A stretch of 64,000 bases of DNA, taken from assembly GCA_963693365.1 (NCBI GenBank), contig CAVNZM010000007.1, forward strand, positions 5,205,962 through 5,269,961. Direction: 5' to 3'. Of the stretch, positions 12,320 through 62,841 are shown piece by piece (position 1 is the first letter of the stretch; each line of letters starts with the position of its first letter). The position numbers and the translations under genes were made by a program. Under the pieces are notes generated by a model. It was not told the DNA's origin. It made no database searches and saw nothing but the letters and a program-made list of their open reading frames with translations. The DNA comes from Amoebidium appalachense (taxonomy: Eukaryota; Protista; Ichthyosporea).

Positions 12320-13287
12320 GTATTGTGTAGTTTTGGCCGCTGGCAGCACGGTTGTATTAGCTGGTGGTGAGTGTTAAGTGTATACACAAGTGGCATCACC
12401 CTGGGGCTGTACCCTGTGACACGATAAAACTCTTGTCTGCAGAAACGTAGGGTTTGATTTTCTCGCTCTCGAGCCTCCCCTTCCCCTCGGCCAACACACA
12501 CGTGGACAAAGACTCCAAAAACAAGAAAAAGAAAGAACAAAACGAGATCATTAAGAAAGAGGGGGAGGCGGCCTTTAGAAGTCTAACGACCTTAAAATAC
12601 AGAAAAATTTAGGCATATAATCGATGAGGGCTGCTTGTGTACTCGTTTCAAGATCAAGATGAGTTCTCCTGCCCCCCGATATTAAAGTATGCGCAACTCA
12701 ATGCAGGCGGTGTAATTATTTCCCCCTCCCTTCCCACCAGCCCCCACACACACGCACCTACCTCCCTCACGCGAGAAAACGACCCCACCCTAATTGAGGC
12801 AATGGCTGAAATGGCCTAAATCCGGATAACCCTTGATGCCTATCACAACAACTGCTATGGAATATGTGATATATTCACACTGTTTGTTGCAATATTGCAA
12901 CCAACAGCACGACAAGCTAGGGAGGAAGTTCATCTGATATGAATCAGCCCTCTCCCCCTATCCCCCCCTCCTCCCCCTTCCCGATCCCCTCCTCGCCTCT
13001 CCCCCTCCCTATTGGCAAACACCGTGGCACCCAGGAACCCCAAACAAACACACATACATGCACCACAAATATTTAAAAAACAGAGTACGTGCACGTCGTG
13101 CAGGAAAGGACACTTTCTAAGCTACTTGTTGATGTTGCACAAAACCAGGGCTTATAGAGCTCAAACTTTAACATACACCTTCTCTCCCCCTTCGGAATCC
13201 CGGTTCGGTCTCTTCCGTTCCACGTCTTTTTCTCCCTCCCCCTACCTCCCTCGAGGCCTGCCCCCCCCCCCCCCCCCCTCTCCCCTC

Positions 13288-13289
<2 letters not shown>

Positions 13290-13349
<60 letters not shown>

Positions 13350-13354
13350 CCCTT

Positions 13355-13418
<64 letters not shown>

Positions 13419-13496
13419 TCTCCCTTCCTCGCTCTCCCTCTCACTCTCTCTCTCTCTCCCGGATCCCTCGCTCCCTCTCTCTCTCACTCTCTCTCT

Positions 13497-13536
<40 letters not shown>

Positions 13537-13537
13537 A

Positions 13538-13615
<78 letters not shown>
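13290..13615. repeat. (CT)n/(AT)n microsatellite block
   Basis: Directly visible dinucleotide arrays. Confidence 0.9.
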
Positions 13616-13786
13616 GTTCTCCCCGACTCTCTCTCTATGTATTAAACTCTCTCTCAGCTCATTAATTCTTTCTCTCTCCCCCCCCCCCCCCCCCCCTCCC
13701 CCCCTCCCCCCTCCCCTCCCCCCCCACCCCCCCCCCCCCCCCCCCGTCTATCGCTATCCCCCCTCCCCCCCCCCCCCCCCCCCCCC

Positions 13787-13825
<39 letters not shown>

Positions 13826-14179
13826 ACCCACCCACCCAGCCACCCACTCCATCCACTCCCCTATAATTGGTACTGCCTGGGCCACCGCGGTGCTTCCACC
13901 GAGTTCCCTCCAACGGTTACCAACAACCTCGCGGACCGGCTAAACCCGCCTTCTTTTCAATGGTGTAAGGGCTGTGTGAAAGGCTTCTTCCTTTCGTCTC
14001 CCCCCCTCCCCAGGCGCCCCCCCCCCCCCCCCCCCTCCCCCCCCCCCCCCCACACCCACCCACCCACCCCCTTCCTCTCCACCCTTCCCCTCCCCCCCCA
14101 ACCCCTCTCCCTTGAAAATCTCACCCTACGTCGACACATCGACACGCTTCCTTCCCTGCGAGCACCCTTTCGGGCAATT

Positions 14180-14284
<105 letters not shown>

Positions 14285-14669
14285 ATGTGCCTGTGTCGGT
14301 GTGTTAGTGTATTTGTCGGTGTGTGTTTGACTTTGGGCAGCCGCTGGGTTTCTACGCGGGTGCTTGCCCTTGAATGTGCGTGCCGCAGCCCTTAGTGAAT
14401 CTATAGGCCACCCGTTAGTGTTTGTGTTTTAGTCATCGATGTCCCGGAAGGAGTGTGCATGCATGCCATACCGTTCGTGTTACATATTGGTATTTGCAGG
14501 CCATTGTAGCTAATAGTGTGTGTGTCTGTGCAGAAACGCACGAAAACAGGCGGCTGTAAAGAACTTCATCCATGGGCGAGTAATATTACGCGCCTTTGTG
14601 TATCCGATCAGCCCGGTGTGCTACGCAACAGTAGTAGCGGTTTCTTTAGGCATCCCTTTGGCGGGATAT

Positions 14670-14722
<53 letters not shown>

Positions 14723-14735
14723 TGCGTGCGTGTGC

Positions 14736-14834
<99 letters not shown>

Positions 14835-14867
14835 GGGGGTTGGGTGGGTGGGTTGGGTGGGTGGGCT

Positions 14868-14900
<33 letters not shown>

Positions 14901-16727
14901 CTCCGTTGATTTTGGTGTGTGGGAAGCGCGAAAACGCGAAAACACGCTTATAGTATCCCATACTGTCAACAACAATGCTCTAGGGAGGTTTGTACTTGAT
15001 GTACTGTACCGGAGGCTCTTGACGGGTGTGTTAGCATCGGCCTGAGAGTCACGGGAAATCAAGTGAACATGTACAGAGGTGAATGGGCAACGTGTTTGGT
15101 GGCATGGACAGTAGCCTATTCTGTGAGTTTGTGTCGCACGACCACTTCGAACTTGTAACACTTGGCAGGTGTGTTGGAACTGAGTGGTGGGCGGAGACTG
15201 AAACTCGAAACCACGCTGGCACAACCAATCTGATACTGTTCTCGGTGACCATATTAAGTTATGTAAAACATTACAAAAACGATGAATAAGCTAGCGGATT
15301 GGCCACATACGCACCGTGTTTACATCAAAGAATGTGGAAGTGCCACGAGTAATCTTTGTGCCGCACTGCCGGCAAAACCGAAGCAGCAATAGGGACCATG
15401 AAAAGTATTATTAGCCTGGACGATATGGTGTATTATTGAATACCTTTTTGTCAACCACGCGGGATTCACCGTTGAACCTGCTGTGGCCACTCTATAGGTT
15501 ATAACAAACTCGCCAAACAAATATATGTATACGTAGATGACCCCGTCGACTTTACAGGGCTTCAAATTGTCCTTTGCACCTGCTTGTTCGTGCTTTTGAC
15601 ATGTGCGTGCGAACACGGAGTGCTAAAAGAGAATTTTGGGGTGACATTTGCAGTAAGCTGCCGGTATGCGAATGCACGGCAGTGTACACTGGTGAACATA
15701 CATGTATGACAGCAGCTTAACTTGTATGCATTTTCCTTACTTCGAATCCTTTTGTGTGACATGGAAGAAATACATTGCACACGTATGTGCGTGTCAAGTT
15801 GTGGTGTATGCCCACGTGTATATTCTGCACGGCACGGCCTGGCCGTGCCCCCCAGCGGCCAAAAAATAAAGCCTGGCTATTTTTTGGCTAATTTCAAAGG
15901 CAGGAGAGGCGAGTGATCACGACCAGTCACTTTTGAAGGTGACCCCAACTGTTGCATCAACGAAGATATCGATGCTCCCACAAAAGGTAGCAGGTGTACG
16001 GATCCATTGAGATCTCGAGTGATGCATATGATCATCGAGGGATGGGCGTGCATGCAAGTCAGGTCCTGTGATCACTTGTTACCAAGACAGCAATAATTCA
16101 TACGTGCTTTTGTTATATTTCGATGTGGATGGACGTATTGTGCATTTGTACAGGTATGTGCAACCCTAATATCAATATTACCATTAGAAACGTTTAGCAC
16201 AATTTCATGTGTGCTCTTTGCATACATGGCTGCGGCGTACGTATATGCATATGGTCAGCCCCAACTCCATAATATTGCTCATGTACATGTAACCCGCGGG
16301 ATGTTCTCCCTCTATTCAGTCGTTAATATTTGCTAGACTGTTCGGGTAAAAATTATTATCGCTTCACGGCCGGCCGTATGTAATATTGACGGATTGATAC
16401 ACATACTCCAGGCCTCCATGTATATATATATATATGATAGGGTGAAAAAGTGTATATACATACACACGACACTTGCATATTGTTACGCCCACGTATATAC
16501 GACAGTCAAAAACGTACCCTCACCAGCAACACGTGTGACGACCCACGGAATGGCGATGAGTTTTTCACTGGATCTTCTCACCGTGACTAGACCACCGCCA
16601 TTTCGGCCATGTGCGTGTCGCTTTTTGCTTCTCAACCTCACGTACTCCTACACTCCTGCCAAATCTTTCTCTCACGTGATCATGATCATCACAACTCTGC
16701 CAGGCTTCAAGTTGAACCCGGATTTCC

Positions 16728-16734
16728 TATAAAA
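16728..16734 (+). promoter_or_regulatory. TATA box of the peroxidase gene
   Basis: TATAAAA about 170 nt upstream of the ATG at 16899. Confidence 0.55.
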
Positions 16735-16898
16735 AGACCCCAAGCCAGCCTGTTTCTTCCATCACTGTGAATGCCAGCCTCTTGCCTACACCCCTTGCGG
16801 GCCCGACTACCCTTTGCTTCATCTCCACCCTCTTCCCTATTACATACGAAAAACCTTCCGCCTCGGCCGGCACCACCAACCCGGCACCAACCCACAAA

Positions 16899-17318
16899 AT
16901 GTTCCTGCCTTCCATTAGCCACCTTGCGTGGCTTCTTCCCGTCCTCCCTGCCTTTCTCCCCGGCGCCTTTTCCGCCCCAGCAGACGGCGGTGTGACCGTC
17001 GACGGCCCTTCCTCTACCGACACCCAGACCCTTCTAGCAAACATGAACAATGAGCTCAAATACTCCCCGCATGATGCGCCCGCCGCCGCTGGAAACTGCG
17101 CCGAGTACGACCCCAAGAAGGTTAACTGGCAGGGTCTACGTAACGACATCATGGCGCTGATCAATGACCCCAACTGTGATGTGGCTGTGGAGGGCAACCC
17201 TGCGTCGCCCATCCCCTGCAAGCGCCTGCCTATCCTCTATGTACGCGCGGCCTTCCACGACGCTGGAACCACGCAGGTACGACTAATTGCACCAATCACG
17301 TGCATCCGCTTCCTCCCG

Positions 17319-17351
<33 letters not shown>

Positions 17352-17733
17352 TCCAAAAACAACAAAAAAAAACCTTCTTCTTCCCCTTCTCTCCCCTTCC
17401 CCCCCCCCCCCCCCCACCACCACCACCAGGTACGACTGCACCGCCCACCCACCCACAGTACCACCGACTCCCAACCAGCACCCATTACAAGATTTCCTCA
17501 AGTAGCTCTCCTTTTCATACGTTTTTTCCTTCGTATCACAGCATATATATGACCCCGAGTTTCGTATCCCTCACCCCCATCTCATGTATGAGTAACTAAT
17601 TATCTAGCCCGAGTAAAATAAGGAAAACCTCGAATCAATCGATCGCCCCACGTACACACGTGAACATATGCAATTGGTTCTTTTGACCTGTACGAACACA
17701 ACTTCTCCTGGCCCAGACCAGTGTCCTCCCCCC

Positions 17734-17780
<47 letters not shown>

Positions 17781-18352
17781 GAGAGCTCCCTCTCCCCCCT
17801 CCCCTCCCTCCCCCATCCACTCACCCACCCACCCACCCACCCACCAACCCACCAACCCCCTCCTCGATACTACTTGAAACAAAACTAAACCAATCTTTCC
17901 ACAACACACACACACACACACACACAGGTGGGCACCGGTGGTTCGGATGGCTCCATTGTGCTCTCCCCCGACGAGGAAAACTGGATAGCCAACCGTTTCC
18001 CCTTCCTGTTCGTTCCCTTCGTTCGCCAATCCTTGGCCCCTCTTGTTGCCAAATACAAATCCTCCTGGGCAGACACCTTGGTCGTGGCCGGGGCCGTCTC
18101 ATCCGAGTTTGCCGGCCGCAAGCCCGCGTTCACCGTGCGCGTGGGTCGCTGCGACAATGACGTCACAAACGCCCAGATCCTTCCGGCGCCTGCCATCACA
18201 TGCCGCCAGTTTGTGGACTATTGGGACGGCCAGGGGGTGAACATTCGCAGGGCAGTGGCGCTGCTGGGGTCACATGTGATGATTAGGGACGGGGCTGGTG
18301 CGTCGGATGGCGTGCTGCAGTACACGTGGAGCAACAAGTATGATTTGTTGAC

Positions 18353-18398
<46 letters not shown>

Positions 18399-18731
18399 AA
18401 AAAAAAAAAAAAAAGAATCCTCGCCCCCCTCTACTCCTCCCCGCGAGCACACTCTCTTCCTCCTTTCCCTCCCTCCATCCCTCTCCCTTTCTCCCTCTCT
18501 CGCTAAGAGTGTCTCCCTTGCCAGAATACATCCTCCCCTCCCTCCCTCCCTCACTCCTTCTCCCTCGCTCTCTCTCTCTTCCCCCCCCCCCCTGACCTCT
18601 CTCTCTCTCCCCCCCCCCCTCCCTCCCCCCCCCCCCCCCTCCCCCCGCCTCCCCCCCACTGCTTTCTTCCCTGCCTTAACCTGCATGCCGGGCCCTCTGG
18701 CCGTTCTCCGCCTCTGGCGCTTTCCAAATAA

Positions 18732-18772
<41 letters not shown>

Positions 18773-19951
18773 AGAACAAAAGCAACCCCCCCCCCTCCCC
18801 CCCCCCTCCGAGTCCCTCCCGGCTCTCCCTCTCCCCCGGGGTTATTCACCCCTTTTTCGTTATAAAAAAAAAGAAGCCAAGGAAAAAAAAAGGAAGGGCT
18901 CTTCTCTTCACAACTACAGCAAAATACACACACACAGGAGCGTGTGCACTTGCACGTAGGATAAATTCAGTAACTCTGGCTTGCTCCTGGCCACTGTTGC
19001 AGCATATAGGTCCTGAATGCAAGAAAGCTGTTCACTGATAGAGGATCCCCCCGACCCCCACCATCACCATCCCTACCACCCCATGCACACCTACTAATAT
19101 TAATATCCCCCCGTCCCCACACCCCAACCGCCTTCTCCCCTTGCACACTTACTTAACCATCCATTCCCCTCGAATTCCAACCCCCTCTTGCAACACCCCT
19201 CCCTCCCCTTCCCCCTCCCCACTTTCCTCAGCCCGTAACATCCACCCGCCACTGTGGCACCCACCCACCCAGCCATGTACCACTCCCCCCCCTGGTGACC
19301 CCTCACTGCTTTCTCCCCCCTTCTTCCCCCCCCCCTCTCCCCTCCCCTCCCCCCGCGGCCCTTCCCCCCCCCCCCCCCCCTCCCTCCCCCCCCCCCCCCC
19401 CCCCCCCCCGCCCCCCTCCCCCCTCCCCTTCCCCCCCTCACCCCCCCACCCCTGCGCCCACACACACACACACACGTACACACACACACATTCACAGGTA
19501 CTTCAAAGACCTCAACACAGGCACCATCACCGTCAACTTCCCCCCCGGTGGCCGCCCCACGGTCACATGGATCGTTGACGGGCAGGAGCAGCGCTGGCGT
19601 TACACTGTCAACGACGCACTGATTGCACCCCAAAACGTGCTCAAGGACAAAGAGTGCACCTTCCTCGAACGCGCCGAAATCGCGTTCTGGATGAAGTTTT
19701 TTGCTACTTCAAACCCGGTTTTTGACTTAAATTACGAGGATGGATACGCGAAAATGACTTCTTCCGACGGCGTGCGTTGGGCAGAGGAGACTGAGGATGT
19801 GACGATCAAGCCGTGCGTGTGGAAGGCCGTGGGAGGAGGGGGTGTGAGTGATAAGACTTGCGCAAACACGTGCATGGACATGAGGAACTACCCCAACACA
19901 GGCGGTGCTAACTGCCCGCTGGTGCTGAACGGGCAGTGCAAGTGCACGTAA
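16899..19951 (+). CDS. Secreted heme peroxidase (peroxidase-catalase/non-animal superfamily) with C-terminal Cys-rich module, 413 aa
   Basis: Exons 16899-17276, 17928-18337 and 19498-19951 total 1242 nt, in frame, ending in TAA. Signal-peptide-like N-terminus. Distal motif VRAAFHDAG, then GGSDGSI, SWADTLVVAG, GRCD, LPAP, proximal VALLGSH and WSNKYF. Confidence 0.9.
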
Positions 19952-20436
19952 TGCTCATTTTGCAATGGCGTCAAAAACAGCCAAAAAGGTTTTTCTTTTG
20001 GACTTAAACTATGGGAAAATAAGTGTTTTTTTTATTTATGAACCAAGTATGGGCAGCCACTTTAGAGGAATGGTTGGCAAAGGTTGCCAATGGGCTACAT
20101 ATACCATATGTACTGCGCACGTGGCTCTCCTGTTAGGACCTCAAATTTGATTGTACTGTATGTCATGTTGAACTGGAAAATGAGCTCAGGCAAACGCTGC
20201 TGGGAGAAAACGACCCTGTGGGGAGTTTCCGCACGGTCAAGGACCGTTGAATCATAAAAAAAAATGGTCGTAACCATGCCCTGAGTATTGCAGTCTCTTA
20301 GGAGGGGGAGGGGGGGTACACCCCCCCCCTTCCCCACCCCCCACCCCCACCCCCACCACACACACACTCGCACACGTACATCCGGTGCCACATTAACTTC
20401 AGACGTCCTGAATAAAACGGCAAAACACCGAAAAAG

Positions 20437-20473
<37 letters not shown>

Positions 20474-20926
20474 ACCCACCCACCACCACCACCCTCTCTC
20501 CCTCAAATCATACGCACACGCACATATGCACACACACACGTGCACACTCATGGGCACTTGCATTACGTGCACGCGCAGGCCAAGACGCCCACACACGCAT
20601 TCACACACACACCCAAACACCCCAACAGAAGCTTCAAGCCCAAATCCTTAAATCCCCTAAAGGCCCTCCCCGCCCTCCCCCCCATCCCCCCACCGTTCCT
20701 ACCCCAAATCATACACACACGCTAAGGCGCACACACTGTGTGGACGTACACCCGCACACCCGCACACACGCACGTGCACACACGTGCACACACCGCTATG
20801 TACACCACCACCACTCTGACTAGCCCCGTCCCACACATACATACACTGCACATGTACAACCAGGCTCCATCCGTCTTGGTTCTTGGGTCGAACCCTCATA
20901 ATCATGATCCCGGGCGGGCGGGGGGG

Positions 20927-20972
<46 letters not shown>

Positions 20973-21283
20973 AGGGGGGGGGGGGGGGGGGGGGGGGGGG
21001 GAGGGGGGGGGGGGGGAATCACATACTATATTTGTACTAACTATGTAGTAGGCTATCATAATCTAATTGGTCATAATGTATTGCACAAGAATTCCATCCC
21101 CAACTTGGATTAGAAGTAGCCGTGCCAGTTGGCAGAGCATATACGAGGTGTCCCCACAAGAACCCATACGTGCCGCGCACGAACATGCACACACACACAC
21201 ACACATGTACTCGCAAAGATGTGTTCAGAATCTTACAAATCACGTACACACAGCCACGCAATGTGTACGTGCTCCCATGTGGA

Positions 21284-21702
21284 CACACACACACACATAC
21301 ATCCACATGCGGCATTGCATTACAGTGTCATGATTACTCAGGCACACACACACACAAACATCCACGCGGCATTGCATTACAGTGTCATGATTACTCAGGC
21401 ACACACACACACATACATCCGCATGCGGCATTGCATTACAGTGTCATGATTACTCAGGCACACACACACATACATCCACATGCGGCATTGCATTACAGTG
21501 TCATGATTACTCAGGCACACACACACATACATCCACATGCGGCATTGCATTACAGTGTAATGATTACTCAGGCACACACACACACATACATCCACATGGG
21601 GCCTTTCCTTACAGTGTCATAATTACTCAGGCACACACACACACATACATCCACATGCGGCATTGCATTACAGTGTCATGATTACTCAGGCACACACACA
21701 CA
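21284..21702. repeat. ~58-bp minisatellite, 7 copies
   Basis: CATCCACATGCGGCATTGCATTACAGTGTCATGATTACTCAGG+(CA)n repeated head to tail with no unique spacers. Confidence 0.9.
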
Positions 21703-22412
21703 ACGTGCACGGCAAGAGGAGGCCGAGGGGTGGGGGCGCCTGGCTGCTAAGTGTTTGTGGACAGTGTGTGTTACGTGGATCAAGAGTAGACATTTCTCCC
21801 CGGTGACATAATGCTCATGTGTGGATCGTCTGATATAATCAACCATGCGCTACATACACTAATTGGGACGAATTCGAAGAAAAAACAGGGATGGGAGTCA
21901 TGCACAAGTGACATGCATTTGCCGTCGCACACACACGTTATGTTTCAGTCATCCAACTGGAGAAAGTTTTGCCTTATTTATTGTATCCTCCATATATTTA
22001 AGGGAGTTTTTGGAACAATATCATAATCATTACGCAAGCAAGCCTTAGGCACCATTATGCATGTACATACAGATTATCTAAGGTTTATGCATGGTCACAT
22101 TCTAATTAATCAAGGTATATGTATGACTCTTTACACATATTTTGACACCTATCCTCCCCCCCCCCCTCCTGGGAAAAAATAAAAATAAAAAAAAATAACA
22201 GGAAGAAGAGGGGGGAAATAGAAAACAAATTAACAAACAAATAAATAAGAAATAACCAGCCCCCGTTCCCGTCCGCAAATTACAAACCACCAAAAATTCC
22301 TGAACCTAAACACGTGCACACGTGCACATGTGCACACGTGCACATGTGCACACGTGCACACACGCACACATGCGTGAACACGAGCACGTGTGTGTGTGTG
22401 TGTGTGCGCGCG

Positions 22413-22474
<62 letters not shown>

Positions 22475-22477
22475 CAA

Positions 22478-22521
<44 letters not shown>

Positions 22522-22772
22522 CTGTACCACCAATCGCTAATCCCAACAGGCACATTCCCACAACCACCACCATCCCAAATCAGTCCGCCCAATCAGATCG
22601 CCATCACTGCAATAGCCATACATGGAATCATTGAAAGCTCTCCCATTGGATAAACAAAAATGATTTACACAGGTAATCAGTATCAATATTCACCGCCATC
22701 ACTTTCACGTGTGAAAGAATCCTAAGTCGATTACCCACCAGCAAGGCGCATGATTAGTCGCTTGCCGATCGT

Positions 22773-42082
<19,310 letters not shown>

Positions 42083-42512
42083 GCTGTCGTTGTAACGCCG
42101 CCCCTAGAGGCAGCAGACTGGAGAACTGGCTTCAAATTTAGCAAAAGACGGAGGAAAAAAAACTAGGGTCTTAGACTGGAAATGAGAAGGGTTTAAATCG
42201 TTGTGATGTAAGCTTACGCTATATAAGGCCCATTCTAGATCTCGACCCCTGCTGTTCCTCCCTCCGTAAATGCTGTAGTAGGTGACCGTTGAAAGTTGCA
42301 AGCTTGACGCACACTGGATGGTTACGTTATCACTCGAAGCTTAGATACGCAAAAGAAAAAAAAAAAACGATGATTGACGGCCGGCCGATAGATCGGATCG
42401 CAGATCGTAATCGGTGAATCGGCCTGCTTGCACCGACATCGAAGTTCCGATGGTCGTGGATGTATACATATGGTGTGCTAACTCAGTAGTACATAATGAA
42501 CGGCATAAAACT

Positions 42513-42543
<31 letters not shown>

Positions 42544-43150
42544 ATTGATGCGGGTGGCCTTCTCCGTACGTGTAACCGGGCAGCTCGAGCGCTAGCCGGC
42601 CCCATTTGAAGTTGCTTCAAATCCTCCTGACGAGGTGACCAATCGGGTGCATACTAGATCGAACATGATGGATTGGATGAAAGTGGCTCCCCAATGAAAA
42701 CCCTCCAATATAGAGTGTACCGATAGTCTTACATCAGATACCCTTGTGCCATAGCAGCCGTGGGTACGGTGCGATCGGAGCGCATAAACCTTCCAATGTC
42801 AACTAGCAAAATCCCAACAGCCGCGCGCACCAACAAACAGTGCACACACCCGAAAAAATCCCTAGCTTGGCCCACTTGCGATTGCACTTAAAGCACCGAG
42901 TCCTAACTCTCGTTATTTATATATTATTCATTGTACGTAGTGAATGTTTATATATTACAAGTCTTTTAATGGTAGGATCCTTTCCACATCCCCTGCGCTG
43001 ACGGTGCATATTATGATACGACAAATATACATGTGAACCCACAGGGTTATTAATAAAACCGCAAGGGACAGGGCCTTTTTTTCGCCATATCTGTGAGCAT
43101 ATATAGTAGGTTCGCCCTCTTAAAAAGCACTCCATATCGTATCCAATAAC

Positions 43151-43219
<69 letters not shown>

Positions 43220-43703
43220 GGCACCAGGCGCAACACAAACCCCATTTCGCGATGGCAATAAAGAAGTGTTAACCCCACACTCACCCGTATTGAAAACATA
43301 TAAAACCTGTTTAAGATAATGATTTTTGAGAAAGGGAAGAGAATCATGGAGACAGAGCATTAAATGTTGCATCCTTGTGTATGTGCACGGATGTATGCCA
43401 AAAGGGGTAGTAAACACTAAAGCAAAATCGTTGCAAAACCACAGAAGACAAAAACACAGGGGCGTCGAAAAAACAAACACTTTTCATAGTGCAACAATTC
43501 AATCCCATAGACTGAACGGCAATCTTCACACACTCCTCCAATTGCAATCTTCCACCTATCACTGGCCGCCGACCAAGCCTAGTACTCTACCACCCCAATC
43601 AAGGAAATCTATCCCCGACATCATTATATAACCGTTAAAAAATGTGTGTTGTATAGGGAATTGGAAAGCGGGCAATGGGGGGAATGAAGGAAAAAGGGGG
43701 AGG

Positions 43704-43743
<40 letters not shown>

Positions 43744-43802
43744 GGGGGGGGGATGAAAAAACAAGGTTAAAAAAACCCCAGCGTTCATGTGCACACAGCG
43801 AA

Positions 43803-61222
<17,420 letters not shown>

Positions 61223-61258
61223 CTGAGGGGGGGATAGAGGTTATGTCAGTGTGTGTGT

Positions 61259-61311
<53 letters not shown>

Positions 61312-61749
61312 CATGTGTGTGTGTGTGTGTGTGTGTGTGCATGTGTGTTTGCATGTCCATATGTGTTTGTGTATGTGATTGTGTGTCTATGTGTGTTGGT
61401 GTGCATGTGTGTGCGAGATGCACGCACATGTGTGTGTGTCTGTGTGTGTGTGTGTGCGCGCGCGCGTGTGTGTTGTGTGCACCACAATATGCGTGCAGGT
61501 GTGTGTGTGTGTGTGTGTGTGGGAAGATGTGGAAGTACCCAGCAAGCAGTGTACGGGATGAATATAGATCAAGGCGATTCACGCACGAAAACTGGTCGGG
61601 TATGTATGGAGGTGTGATCCCGTGTCAGTTGTTGCCTTTGCTTGTTATCACGCAAAGGGGGAGGAGAGGGGAGGGGGAAATAGCTATGCATGATTCAGTT
61701 AAGTGTAATAGCATTGGTTAGGAATGATTCACCCCCCTCCCCCCAGCGC

Positions 61750-61781
<32 letters not shown>

Positions 61782-61805
61782 AACACACACACACACACAC
61801 ACGCG

Positions 61806-61935
<130 letters not shown>

Positions 61936-62091
61936 AAAAGAATTGCTAAATACAATCTCAAATGGTTGCATCCCCCTGGGAACGCGAATCAATCATTTCA
62001 GACTCTTAAGTGGGCGGGAGAAGGGGAAGGGGCAAGGGGGGGGGGGGGGAGGGGGGGGGAGGGTAGGGGGGGGGGGGGGGGGGAGGGGTAC

Positions 62092-62234
62092 CTCATTTGA
62101 CCATGACCCAGTCATCGTCTCCACCAACACTATTCTCGTCATCTGCGACAAAACGAAGTCAGATGCAGTAATTGGTATTCCCCAGGTACTCTACAGAACC
62201 GGGCCCCTCCGAGAAGGGCGGCGGGGGGAAGGGT

Positions 62235-62265
<31 letters not shown>

Positions 62266-62841
62266 GGGGGGGGGAAGTATATTAGTTTCTGTTACTTTAT
62301 TCTTTCGACTTGTCCTGAGCATCGGGGGTGTGCATCCTTTGCAGGACAACTGCCACATCAGGCAATATCGTGAAGCAAATGCAGGCATGGAGATTTGAGT
62401 GGACACCATGGCTTGCAACATGCATACCTTCTCGCTTTCCAGCAACGCCTTTTATGCTCTTCTTGTTGAGTGCGCTTTTCTTCACCACCTGCGGGTGGGT
62501 AAGGTCAACATCACGTGTGTGCCAGGGTTTCCGGCAGAAAAAATCAGAGAAGGAGGAGAAAAATCAGAAGAGGAGGAGATGGGGGGAAAAGGGGGAGGGG
62601 GGAGGGGGTTGGAGAGGGGGGGGGGGGGGGGGGGGGGGGGGATATAAAGCTCATCCCATGAAGACAAAAGTGATATGACAGCACGGGCACACGAGAGTCA
62701 AGTGTTCACAAGAGACCAGGGGGGTGGGTGGGTGGGATGACGTGTGGAATTTGCAGTGAGAGACACGGAGGCAGCAACAAAGCGTACAATAAAGTAGTGG
62801 TTGGAACCCAAGAAAAAGGCTCGCAAGGGACCCTTGAACAT
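62092..62841 (-). CDS. Candidate upstream exons: either the 5' end of the kinase gene or a separate small ORF
   Basis: GT-AG-bounded segments 62841-62788 (MFKGPLRAFFLGSNHYFI), 62488-62428 (VVKKSALNKK..) and 62142-62092. The reading frame of the last segment is ambiguous. Confidence 0.3.

Larger units (their letters stand above)
9935..12446 (+). ncRNA. Putative non-coding spliced snoRNA host transcript
   Basis: No long ORF. Plus-strand introns have branch points and acceptors (e.g. 11558 GTGAGT..TTCTAAC 11746..CAG 11776; TCTAAT..CCAG 11119; CTGCAG 12442), each enclosing a snoRNA-like element. Transcript ends are approximate. Confidence 0.5.

Noticed and set aside
21284-21702. Regularly spaced repeats resembling a CRISPR array
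   Set aside because: The intervening sequence is only (CA)n with no unique spacers, there are no cas genes, and the context is eukaryotic. It is a minisatellite.
42625-42670. CTGACGA hammerhead-like core
   Set aside because: No GAAA and no stems I-III in the required geometry.
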